DNA of 43,136 nt from Octopus bimaculoides (lineage: Eukaryota). Shown here one piece after another: positions 11,463-22,779 of the stretch. The notes beneath the pieces were generated by a model. It made no database searches, was not told the origin of the DNA, and worked only from the letters and a program-made list of their open reading frames with translations. Numbering within the stretch: the first letter of the stretch is position 1; the number at the start of each line of letters is the position of its first letter. The DNA lies in assembly GCF_001194135.2 (NCBI RefSeq), contig NC_068989.1, forward strand, positions 91,705,483 to 91,748,618, given 5' to 3'. Made by a program: the position numbers and the translations under genes.

Positions 11463-12894
11463 GTTCTCATTGGAGTAGAAGTAGTAATATTAGATGTAGA
11501 AGCAGTAGCCGCAGTAGTAGTCGACGTTGCTGCCAGCGTAGTTGTGGTGTTGGTGGTGGTGGTGGTGGTGGTGGGTGTAGTGGCGGTGTCGGCCATCATC
11601 ATCATAATCACGGTCGAGTTGGTAGAAGTAGTGGCGAGAATGGCTGTTGTGATAGTGGTGGTAGGAGCAGTTGTAATGATGGTTGCAGCAGAGTTCGTAG
11701 CTGTCTCGTAGTAGTCACAGAAGAAGAAAAAGAAGAATTAGACTATGGTGATGACGATCTAAATGTGAATAATGGAAGCTGTTGGAAGAATCCATTCAAT
11801 ATTTGTAATTGAACAAGAAACGAAGAAGGTGGCGGGAAGAGAGGGACGGAGTACAAACGGTTAGATATTGCAAATTTTAAGACACAGAAAAACGGCGCCA
11901 TCTTTGTGAAGTGATGTTACGTTTGATTGAATATAACCTTTATTTGTTCCTCAGAAACGTAGTGTCACCCCACAGTGAATTGAAGAGCTCATTTGATTGG
12001 GCATTCCGTGAATTTAAGTACCACCAACGAGACGACAACGACGACGACCATCTCCACCGCCGCCATTATCGCAATATCAAGCAAAGCTACCACGAAACAC
12101 GCTAACAAGACGATGACGACGAATACCGCCGCCATTATCACAGTTACTAGCAATGTTACCACGAAACAATCATACTTGATGCAATGGTATTTAGCTGCTT
12201 CCAACTCTCTGGGTACTCATGCCGCTAATATAGAATTTACGATGAAAACGCCAAAAATTTATAGAAGCTACCAACAAAGAACGGACATTTTCCATGTCGT
12301 TTGATTAGTTTCGAAGAGGAGGCTTTTTCTATGCGGGTGGATGGTGGAGAATTTGAGAGTTAAATTGACCTTAGCAAATAATAATTGTCAGTACTTTTTA
12401 TAGTATTTCCTAACGACTCCCATGGTTTGAAAAGCATGAGTGAATACTGAGGTGTTTATACATGGAATACAGAAATACATTTTATTACGACAGACAACGT
12501 TGCTGCATAATACACCAACTCATTGAATCCAATTGAAAAGAGTGAATATTGCATGGGGTATGCATACATTCACACTTATATACATGTATATACACACATG
12601 TATCTCTTGTTCAAATACCGTCGCATTCACGCATGTCTCTTAATCTATGGAAGTCATTACGAAACATTATAAAACTCATATACATATACTACTGAAATAT
12701 ACTATTGGTACTCCATCGACTTTGACGACGTGAGTTCCAAACGCTCGCCCCATTAATTTTTCCTTTCATTTGTATGTGCTCACACACGTATCCGAATTTC
12801 AAATACAACAGTATTCACGCATGCGTCTTGATTCATGGTAGTTGTTACGCAATAATTTAAAATAACATACATACACATATTGATATAAAATTTT

Positions 12895-13085
12895 CGTACA
12901 GGACGGTAATTTTGGCGAAAGGAACAAGTCAATTATATCGATCCCAATGCTCAACTGGAGCTTATTTTATCGATTCCAAAAGGATGAAAGACTAAGTCGA
13001 CCCTGGATGAATTTGAAATCAGAACGTAAAGTCGAGAGAAATACCTCTAAGCATTTTCCCCGATGCAGTAACAATTCTGCCAACT
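12895..13085 (-). mobile_element. SINE family A, diverged
   Basis: aaggatgaaagactaagtcgacc...atttgaaatcagaacgtaaag...aattctgccaact is the reverse complement of the family head and body. Confidence 0.7.
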
Positions 13086-13206
13086 ACAGCTTTTAAGTTA
13101 GCTCCTATGGAAGACTCATCGGGCCTTGGACCCAACAATGACACTTCATACATTGAGTACATATTAAATATGTCTCTGTATGCACCAATACCGAGCCATG
13201 CTAGGA

Positions 13207-13245
13207 TCACCAGATGATCGCATTGGCGTGAAACTCGACTCGCAA
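13207..13245 (+). ncRNA. Degenerate minimal hammerhead-ribozyme-like motif
   Basis: tcac-cagatga-tcgc attg gcgt-gaaac-tcga-ctc. The core is CAGAUGA (U4>A), and G16.2 appears as C. Confidence 0.4.
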
Positions 13246-13279
13246 AACAAGCCCTGAGCTACAGTTTTAATAAAAGTAG

Positions 13280-13325
<46 letters not shown>

Positions 13326-13932
13326 NNNNNNNNNNNNNNNNNNNNNNNNNNNNNNNNNNNNNNNNNNNNNNNNNNNNNNNNNNNNNNNNNNNNNNNNNNN
13401 NNNNNNNNNNNNNNNNNNNNNNNNNNNNNNNNNNNNNNNNNNNNNNNNNNNNNNNNNNNNNNNNNNNNNNNNNNNNNNNNNNNNNNNNNNNNNNNNNNNN
13501 NNNNNNNNNNNNNNNNNNNNNNNNNNNNNNNNNNNNNNNNNNNNNNNNNNNNNNNNNNNNNNNNNNNNNNNNNNNNNNNNNNNNNNNNNNNNNNNNNNNN
13601 NNNNNNNNNNNNNNNNNNNNNNNNNNNNNNNNNNNNNNNNNNNNNNNNNNNNNNNNNNNNNNNNNNNNNNNNNNNNNNNNNNNNNNNNNNNNNNNNNNNN
13701 NNNNNNNNNNNNNNNNNNNNNNNNNNNNNNNNNNNNNNNNNNNNNNNNNNNNNNNNNNNNNNNNNNNNNNNNNNNNNNNNNNNNNNNNNNNNNNNNNNNN
13801 NNNNNNNNNNNNNNNNNNNNNNNNNNNNNNNNNNNNNNNNNNTATATAAACACATATATACATATTCATACACACGCACGCATATATATATACATACATA
13901 TATATATATATGCATATATATACACATACACA

Positions 13933-13998
<66 letters not shown>

Positions 13999-14221
13999 AC
14001 GCGTTATATTGCACAAAGCGAAATAAATGTTTGAAGGTTACATGAAAAATAAATACAGAATCAAGATTCTGAATGGAACCATAATCGTACAAACTAAACC
14101 TGCTGACAAATTCTGTGCATAAGTCCGCAAGGTAACAAGATAAAGTTGATATTAAAAGATAGGAATTTTGCAATATTGAAATATTAACATTTTGTAACTT
14201 ATACCGGTTTCAGAATAAAAT

Positions 14222-14764
14222 TCAATCTCTTGAGTTGATACATTTAAGTATTCCCCATCGGCCACTAAATAATTTCAAGTAATATATTATTGATAATGTG
14301 AAAAAGTTATGGGCAATTTTTATTTCTTTCACCATATATACCTCACTTAGATGCAAATAGCCGGAGGCGTATTTCGTCTGCGTTTGTAAAATAGCTTTAA
14401 CACTCTCTTGACTAATATACTTCACAGCAATAGACACCATCAGACAACTGTTTGTCACAGGAATATTTGTCGTATACTTTTTAGACAATTCTACAGTAAT
14501 TCCGCCATCGCCGCGTGAAGCTCGGATGCGAAAATAGGAATAACGTTGGTGATGAGTTAGCAATCCGCTACCAGAAACACTGAAGGAATCACGCCTGTGG
14601 GAGGCGGGGAAACTATAATCGCTACAGAAATAGCACGAAAAATTATTAACAGTACCTGGCTTGGAGAGGAAGATTCGCCCTAGGTTACGACGATACCAAT
14701 GCCAAGCTGCGAGTTTGCTCGCCCGGCCTGATAAAGATGAAGGCGACTTTGTCCAAAGCCGAGG
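14222..14764 (-). other. Unassigned stop-to-stop open frame of 180 codons in a CpG-rich segment
   Basis: The ORF-track frame 14222..14563 stays open upstream to a TAA at 14765-14767. No domain recognised. Confidence 0.3.
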
Positions 14765-15357
14765 TTATTGGAGACGTCTTGGTGGCCGATGTGCTGGCCA
14801 ACGGCACAGCAGGAAATAAGACAAAAACAACGGCGATGTGACTGTAATTAAATTTAACGAATCACAATATTGGGGCCTTCAGGTGGATTACATTATGCTC
14901 CTTCAGGACCGATTACATTATGCTCGACTGGTACCTTATTTATTGACCCCAAAATGTAAAGTGGACCTCGGTAGCAATGATATCAATAAGGATATAGAAA
15001 CATGGGCCTCAAGTTTTAGTAGTTGAATGTAGTTCTTGTACCTGAAGTTGATTGGTTTATCTGCTTTTCTCAAAAATTGTGTTAAAAGTCAGCAACGCAT
15101 TTACCAGACATATTCCGATCCCTGTGGCCAATTTTCTCATACAAGAGCAAAAATGTTGTAACATCTGCTAAAATAAGTGATGCTAATATGCATATTTCGG
15201 CATACCTGTCAGCAATCAAACTTGCTTCTGATCATTACATTTTACCTGGAGGCATTATAAGAATAAAAAAAGTAAAAATTGCTGTAGAAACTGATGTTTA
15301 CAACTTTTGCTTGCATCGGCAGAGAGAGATAGAGAGAGGGGGGAGAGAGAACGAGGA

Positions 15358-15394
<37 letters not shown>

Positions 15395-15724
15395 GGAAGA
15401 GAAAGGGAGAGAGAGAGAAAAGGAATTTGTATTTAACAAAAAAAGAAAAAGAATAGTAATCACTTTTATATAACCTAAAGTATAGATACACGTTAAGTAT
15501 TTACACATAGTATATATGATTCATGTGCGGTTTTTCTTTCTAATCTTACCTGAATGAAAATGTTCAAATTCGTGTGTTTCCCATTGAAAAATGCAAATGT
15601 CAAAATAACTTTATGCGTGTCGTGAAAGTAAAGTTTGAAGGAAATATCAACCATCTTCTGTGTTTATCCAAACACAAGGAATTACGAAATATCACTTACT
15701 ACCCTAGAATAAAAGTGTGTTATG

Positions 15725-15850
15725 CAGTGCTGGCCTTGTTATTTTTACTGATCTTATCATCATCATCATCATCATCATCATCATTGTTATTATTATTATT
15801 ATTATTTTTATTATTATTATTATTATTATTATCATTATTATTATTATTAT
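15725..15850. repeat. (CAT)n/(TAT)n microsatellite
   Basis: Direct inspection. Confidence 0.9.
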
Positions 15851-16006
15851 TTCGTCTGTCTTTACGTTTTGAGTTCAAATTCGACCGAGGTCGACATTGC
15901 CTTTCATCATTTCGGGGTCGATATATTAAGTACCAGTTGCGCACAGGGGTCGATTTGATCGACTAGCCCCCTCCCCCATAATTTCGGGCCTTGTGCCTAC
16001 AGTATA
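15851..16006 (+). mobile_element. SINE family A, 5'-truncated
   Basis: gagttcaaattcgaccgaggtcgacattgcctttcatc...cgggccttgtgcctacagta. Confidence 0.85.
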
Positions 16007-16050
16007 ATTGATTGTTATTATTATTTTCATTAATATTATTATTATTGTAA

Positions 16051-16256
16051 AGCTGGCAGAATCGTTAGTGCGCTGGACGAAATGGTTAGCAATATTTCAC
16101 CCGTAGCTACGTCCTGAGTTCAAATTCCGCTGAGGTCGACTTTACTTTTCATCATTTTGGGGTCGATAAAATAAATACCAGTTGAACCCTGGGTGTCACT
16201 GTAATCGACTCAACCCCTACCCCAAAACGGCTGCCCTTGTGGCAAAATTTGAAACC
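16051..16256 (+). mobile_element. SINE family A, alternative 3' end subtype
   Basis: agctggcagaatcgttag head; ends cccttgtggcaaaatttgaaacc. Confidence 0.85.
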
Positions 16257-16275
16257 TATAATAATCATTATTATT

Positions 16276-16613
16276 ATTACCTTCGCCTTGGCGAAGGAGG
16301 TGTTGTTTTCAGTCGTGTTTGTTTACTTGGACAAGGTATCTCAAGAACCGGTAGATGATCGGATGAAACTTTCAGGGTTCTTTGGCCTCGTGACTAGCAC
16401 GAATTGTTTAGATTTTGGGATCGATCTGGTACCGGACAAAGATTCTGGATTATTTTTCTTATTATCTTTACGTAATTTTTGAGAGTGGTCGGGTTCATTT
16501 TTAGTATTCTCAGTTGTGAGTGCAGCCAAGATTATTTCAGATATTCTCATTTTAAATACCATATCTGGTTGGTGTTGCCTTGGCGGAGGTTTGCGCTCTT
16601 TGAGTGTTCTTGC

Positions 16614-16615
<2 letters not shown>
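16276..16615 (+). mobile_element. DINE-1/HINE-like non-autonomous Helentron element
   Basis: 5' palindrome ccttcgcc-tt-ggcgaagg (16280-16297). The 3' subterminal repeat ggcggaggt (16582-16590) is inverted to the 5' accttcgcc. 3' stem-loop gcgctc/gagtgt (16593-16607). Inserted in an (ATT)n tract with no visible TSD. Confidence 0.7.
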
Positions 16616-16665
<50 letters not shown>

Positions 16666-17520
16666 GGAAGGTAACGAGCTAACAGTTCTGTCCGCGTGCC
16701 GTCTTAAGAAGAAAAGAGCACCAATGAAGTCACCTTTACAAACACTTATCCCTTGCTTAATTCTTGAATGTTGCTGAGTATTTACATATTTAGATTAATT
16801 CTAACATTGTGTGTGTTCGCGGGGGTACACACACGCACACAAACACAGACACTTGTGTACACTCACACGCATACATGTATGCATATGTGCGTGTGTTTAC
16901 CTGTACACATACTCATAATCGTGTTCGTAGATGGAGTGGAAATGTGGAACCTTATACTGGGCACGATTCTTCATATATCTGTATCAACGTGTGCTTCTCT
17001 ATGCTTCTATACACATTCGTTGTATATACTTACTCACCCTCTTTGTCTCCCTCTCAGTTTTTTTTTTCTCTCTCTCTCTCTCCCTATCACTTAACCCTCT
17101 GACTTCTCTCTTCCATCACTCATTTCTCCTTCCTCATTTAATCATCAGGTGATTAATTCACAACTATAAGAAAATTAACTGTCAATACGCAGAAAGAAGA
17201 TACGGTTTTCATTTGCAGCGTTATTCTGGCATGCAGTGCAATTGAACACATGGTCTGCACCTGTTTCACTTTGGAAGTTATCAAATATATTGACGTTTGT
17301 TAATGCTTGTATACAATAAATACACTCGCACACGAACAAACACACGCACACACACACACACACACACACGGTCTTGCAGAACTACACACACGAGGCCTTA
17401 TACGCACATGTATGCTCACATTCACGCACAGACATGGTCACCTACGCAGGTGAATATAACATATTTATGTAAGCGAAAGTATTTAGGCACACTCACAAAC
17501 ACTCACACACACACATACAA

Positions 17521-17563
<43 letters not shown>

Positions 17564-18965
17564 GATATACATATCTATATATGTATGTATGTATATATAT
17601 AGAGATATATAAAATATATAAATGTACGTGTAAATATATATATANNNNNNNNNNNNNNNNNNNNNNNNNNNNNNNNNNNNNNNNNNNNNNNNNNNNNNNN
17701 NNNNNNNNNNNNNNNNNNNNNNNNNNNNNNNNNNNNNNNNNNNNNNNNNNNNNNNNNNNNNNNNNNNNNNNNNNNNNNNNNNNNNNNNNNNNNNNNNNNN
17801 NNNNNNNNNNNNNNNNNNNNNNNNNNNNNNNNNNNNNNNNNNNNNNNNNNNNNNNNNNNNNNNNNNNNNNNNNNNNNNNNNNNNNNNNNNNNNNNNNNNN
17901 NNNNNNNNNNNNNNNNNNNNNNNNNNNNNNNNNNNNNNNNNNNNNNNNNNNNNNNNNNNNNNNNNNNNNNNNNNNNNNNNNNNNNNNNNNNNNNNNNNNN
18001 NNNNNNNNNNNNNNNNNNNNNNNNNNNNNNNNNNNNNNNNNNNNNNNNNNNNNNNNNNNNNNNNNNNNNNNNNNNNNNNNNNNNNNNNNNNNNNNNNNNN
18101 NNNNNNNNNNNNNNNNNNNNATATATATATATATATATACATATATGCATATATGAATTTCCTTTCCCTACATGTCATGTCATTATAAAGCATTGAGTGT
18201 ACCTGCTACACTACGTCATTCTTTCTGTGTTTGTGTATAATTTGACACACTACATCACTTTCCAAGGCACCCAGTTTGGAATCTATCAATATTGATTTCC
18301 CATTAGTAAGCAAGAACTAACGACTTTTTCCACGTTAAATTTAAGTACGAACCGTACCGGTTATGTCTTGTTATCCAAAGTTGATAGCGTAAATATACAC
18401 AATTCGTTTCTCAGGGTATTGAAATCGCCCATAATTCTATAACTTATGTGAGTTTTACTATTCTGTGATGCCTGATTTTCTAGCTTCTTATTTTTCGCGT
18501 ACTCTCGAGGCCGCCAGTTTTGGGAGATGGGTATAATCGACTTTAAAGATTCCAGTATTGGACTGGTGTTTATTTTAACGACCGTGGAATCAAAAATGAA
18601 ATAGCGCCTTTTACCACGGGATTCGAATATAGGTACATACCTATATACATAAATATATAAAAACAACATCAACCCGGCTGTTGATGTTGAAATTCCAATG
18701 AAGGAGCCTTGGATCTAGGTTAGAAACCGGATCTTTCTCTATTGGCAAGAACTCTTTATATCAAATTGAACAATGAAATACATACATGAATACATACATA
18801 CATGAATGCATACATATATACATACATACATACATGTATACATACACACATTAGCTCAACCACATATTGACAAACACCGGGAACTCTCTTAGCTCAAAAG
18901 GACTTGGTGGTAACTGAGACCGGATCGAACTCTCTTAAAAAGGACTGATATATATATATATATAT

Positions 18966-19027
<62 letters not shown>

Positions 19028-19269
19028 GTGTTTCAAAAAAGGAAAAAGGATGACTTCACTGGTAGTTCTAACTAGTTAAATTAAATTTTTTTATTATATA
19101 AATTTTACACTTTGGTGCATACACTTTCATTGAACTAGATCTATGAACTAAAGTGTAAAAATTATATTATTAATTTTTTTTTAAAAATATAAATTAAACT
19201 GATTAGAAGTCATACTTTCTCTTTTTTCAAATATATCTAACTGTACTAAGGATCTCACACATTTTCCAA

Positions 19270-19301
<32 letters not shown>

Positions 19302-19330
19302 CATACACACAAATACACACATGCAATAAA

Positions 19331-19478
19331 CTTTCAGTTTCCGTGTTCTAAATCCACTTACAAAACTTTGGTCGGCTCTGGGTCATATCAGAAAATATTT
19401 GTCCCAGGTACCGCACAGAAGGTGAAACTGAATCCAAGACCACATGCATGGGAAGCAAGCTTCTCAATCTGCGCCTGC
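19331..19478 (-). mobile_element. SINE family B, 5' half
   Basis: ctttcagtttccgt...aatccact...ttggtcggc is the reverse complement of the family-B head region. Confidence 0.7.
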
Positions 19479-19489
19479 AAGTACACCTA

Positions 19490-19920
19490 CTTAAATTTTC
19501 TTATATTCTTTAATTCTTTTAGTTTTTCTGATTTTCCCCAATTATTGGACTGCATTCACGCTAGAGTACCTTCCTCGATATGTTTTTCCCGATCACATTA
19601 TATATCATCTATCATCAAATACCGCAAGATAAACTTCTACTTTGGTCCGAAACGGAGATTAATCAATTTGGTAAAGCGCAACAACATTGCATTAATTAGC
19701 AAACACCTTTTAGATAACATTAATAACTGAATTAGGAAAGTTACCAAGTTCCATCAATCTAACCATTGCAGCACCGTAATCAGCTGCTCTATCCTTAGTA
19801 ATAAAGGAAATTGCATCTTTTCTCAAACAGACACTTCATTTTTATCCATCCATCTCTCAATTATTTCTTCTTTAGCGCGCTCTAATTTGTTAAGTTATAC
19901 TGCGCCATTAATGAGAATCT
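19490..19920 (-). pseudogene. Decayed coding-like sequence of unknown origin
   Basis: The frame reads LRKDAISFITKDRAADYGAAMVRLMELGNFPNSVINVI*KVFAN*CNVVALYQID*SPFRTKVEVYLAVFDD, with a strong A/T third-position bias and scattered stops and frameshifts. Confidence 0.35.
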
Positions 19921-20094
19921 CGTAGATGCTAGAATTAAAAAAAATGTAACCCATCGTTAAATAATCTGTTTTGGTTAAAAAGAAAAATTGACTGGTTTGT
20001 TTGATGATGGTAAAGAATCGTCAGTAAGTATTGAGAAGTCTAATGTACTCCGCCTCCATAACCATCATGAGTTGTCCCTAAAACTAATATAGGT

Positions 20095-20246
20095 CCAGGT
20101 ATGGCCGTGTAGTCAAGAAGCAACTCTTTAGAACGACGGGGTTTCGAGTTCAGTTGCACATTGAAGCACCTTAAGCAGGTGCCTTCTACTGTAGTTCCGG
20201 GCTGATTAATGCATTGAGAGTGAATTTGGGAGGTAAAATGAAAGAA
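20095..20246 (+). mobile_element. SINE family B, 5' half, diverged; an inverted family-B 3' tail follows at about 20266-20321
   Basis: atggccgtgtagtcaagaag...gtttcgagttcagtt...ccttctactgtagttccgggctga; then cgtttcagcc...ggccatgctggagcact. Confidence 0.6.
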
Positions 20247-20546
20247 TCATTTCATATATACAATCTTTCTTTTACTCCTTTATACGTTTCAGCCGTAAGG
20301 CTCTGGCCATGCTGGAGCACTGACAGAGTAATCACCTTTTTAATGGACAATCTTTTGTGAGTAGATTTTGGTGTAGGAAGATGTTCAACACTGCTGCCCC
20401 CTTTTGCGTTTCCTGCCTTAATATAGGTTCATCTGGGACCTCGGAGAGCAGAGGTCAAGTTGTTTCTTCAAAAAATCTATCCCTACTTCATGATGATCCC
20501 TCATTTTTTTGGCAATATATACGTACATGGATACACACACACACAC

Positions 20547-20590
<44 letters not shown>

Positions 20591-21388
20591 TGGTTGTGTA
20601 CTCTTTATGCAGAGTTTGACTACCTCCTGTACCTACACCTTAGAACCATCATGGCATCTGATATGGCTTTTTAAACAAGACAATGTTATGAAAAAACGCC
20701 CGCCCACATAGATTGCAAATCCGATTTGGACCACCAAGAGCTGCAGATAAGTACTGACCTTTGTAGATGTTAAAATGCCTTTTGAGGCCTCCGTTAGATT
20801 TGCAAACCTATTGGCATACACTGCATTCAAGGGTGTGCACAAATATATAGGCAGAGTAGTTGGTGGAGGTTAGTTTTCCATGGGTTCGCAAATGAGCCTA
20901 GCAAAAGAAAGGCATATATATCTATGAAGAACAAGGGTTCTTTCCGAGACATAAGCTAAGCCCGGTTTTCTAGATTTTGTGGCGAATATATTCACTCGCT
21001 ACAGAAGTGACCGGTCCACTCATTTCAAGTCGGTGCAGCAGCAGAGCTGCACCCCAATGAAGGACATGAGTAACCGATAAGAAATATTTAAACATATTTC
21101 TGAGCGATTTAACTCTATGAAAACGTTATAGCATAACACAGCAAAGCGAGCTAGACCTTACATAATTCACCATGCTGTTTCTAATTGTTTCTCTTTCTTT
21201 ACTATACATGGACAGACAACTTCATGAATGGATTTCCAACACCTAATCCAGTGGAACATCCAGGATGCTACAACTACAGAGAGAAAGAGCTATTTCAGTT
21301 TTCCGGGCACCAGGCTGGTACTTACTTCAGCTGAACTGATAGAGGGGAACGTGAAATAAAGCAGTTTGCTCAGAGACGCAATGCCGTA

Positions 21389-21576
21389 TCTTCTTCTTCT
21401 TCTTCTTCTTCTTCTTCTTCTTCTTCTTCTTCTTCTTCTTCTTCTTCTTCTTCTTCTTTCCTCCTTCCTCTTCTTGCCCCCCCCCCCAATCTTGCGATTG
21501 TCAGTGAAACATCCAGATTCCTTGTCTGCGTCTTCGCAATCGAAAAAGTACAAGAAAGCCAAGATCCACGTCTGCC

Positions 21577-21613
<37 letters not shown>

Positions 21614-21665
21614 GCTTGTCTGTCTGTATGTCTGTCTGTCTGCTTGTCTGTCTGTCTGTCTGTAT
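21389..21665. repeat. (TTC)n and (TCTG)n microsatellites
   Basis: Direct inspection. Confidence 0.9.
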
Positions 21666-21810
21666 GCTTGTCTCCCATCGCCGTTTGACAACCGGTATAG
21701 CTGTGCTTCATTTTCTGTAAGTTACCAGTTCGCCAAATAAGAGCGAGAGAATAAATATCAGCGCTTGGGCGAAGTCTAATGGCTGAAACGAGATAAAACG
21801 CGCGCACGCG

Positions 21811-21846
<36 letters not shown>

Positions 21847-21983
21847 CACACACACAGATATGAGTGTGTGCATGTGTGTATGTGTGTGTGTGTGTGTGTG
21901 CGCGTGCGTTTGTGTGTGTGTGTGCGTGTGTGTGTGTGCCTGTGTGTGCGTGTGTGTGTGTGTGTGCGTGCGTGCGATTGCTT

Positions 21984-22035
21984 AAGTGATGTAGACGCCA
22001 CTGATGAGACTATAAAATGTGTCGAAAATCGATGG
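21984..22035 (+). ncRNA. Partial hammerhead-like motif
   Basis: cca-ctgatga-gac tataaaatgt gtc-gaaa-atcga-tgg. CUGAUGA, stem II and GAAA are intact, but there is no U16.1-H17. Confidence 0.4.
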
Positions 22036-22238
22036 AGACTTCATCAATTTTTCAGTCTACGGAGATATAGTTTTATTTGACATGTCTGTACGTCTCCTCC
22101 GTGCGTTTACATATATTATGTCTTACCTCGATGCTGGACACACGGGGATCATCGCTGACAGCCAATTGATATCAAATAGAGTGTCAAACGCATGCGGTAT
22201 GTGAAGTAATGCCTCTATGTCTCTACTGCCACTACGTT

Positions 22239-22298
<60 letters not shown>

Positions 22299-22368
22299 TG
22301 GTGAACCAGCATGACCGCAGCCACTTGGCTGAAACACATAAATAAATAAATAAATATATATATATATA

Positions 22369-22574
22369 TATACATTATAAATACTAAAGCTGCAAGAACA
22401 TCACAAAGATATCTAAAAAAAACTGCTACTCAGAGTTTTCCGTTCCCGTTCGACGGATATTTTAGATTGAGACAGTGCAGATTCTCAATCTAAACTGTCC
22501 GACGAATGGGAACGGAAAGCCCCGAGTAGAAGATTTGTGTGATGTTTTTCCAACTTTAAAAATAAGAAAGTATA
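22369..22574. mobile_element. Foldback / MITE-like long inverted repeat
   Basis: Arms of about 95 bp are reverse complementary (ttttccgttcccgttcgacggatattttagattgaga versus tctcaatctaaactgtccgacgaatgggaacggaaag) around a 10-nt loop at 22473-22482. Both flanks are TA-rich. Confidence 0.8.
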
Positions 22575-22779
22575 TTACTTTACCTCCAGTAATCGAGTAC
22601 TACTTTGCTCCTCATTTATTTGCTTACTTTGGTATGTATGTATATATGTATGTATGTATATATGTATGTATGTATGAATTGACACCTGTATATCTTTGTT
22701 ACGTATAACTTAGATTATATGTCTGAATTACCACGCGCGAATAACTTCATTTAGCTGGGCTGCGTTCTATAAATATATA

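Noticed and set aside
18695-18733. ccaatgaa...agcct/aggtt...gaaaccgg hammerhead-like spacing
   Set aside because: Three or more core positions deviate and U16.1 is absent. Too degenerate to support from this copy alone.
21032-21053. Perfect 8-bp hairpin ggtgcagc/gctgcacc
   Set aside because: It is isolated, with no U-tract or match to snRNA/tRNA sequences I know.
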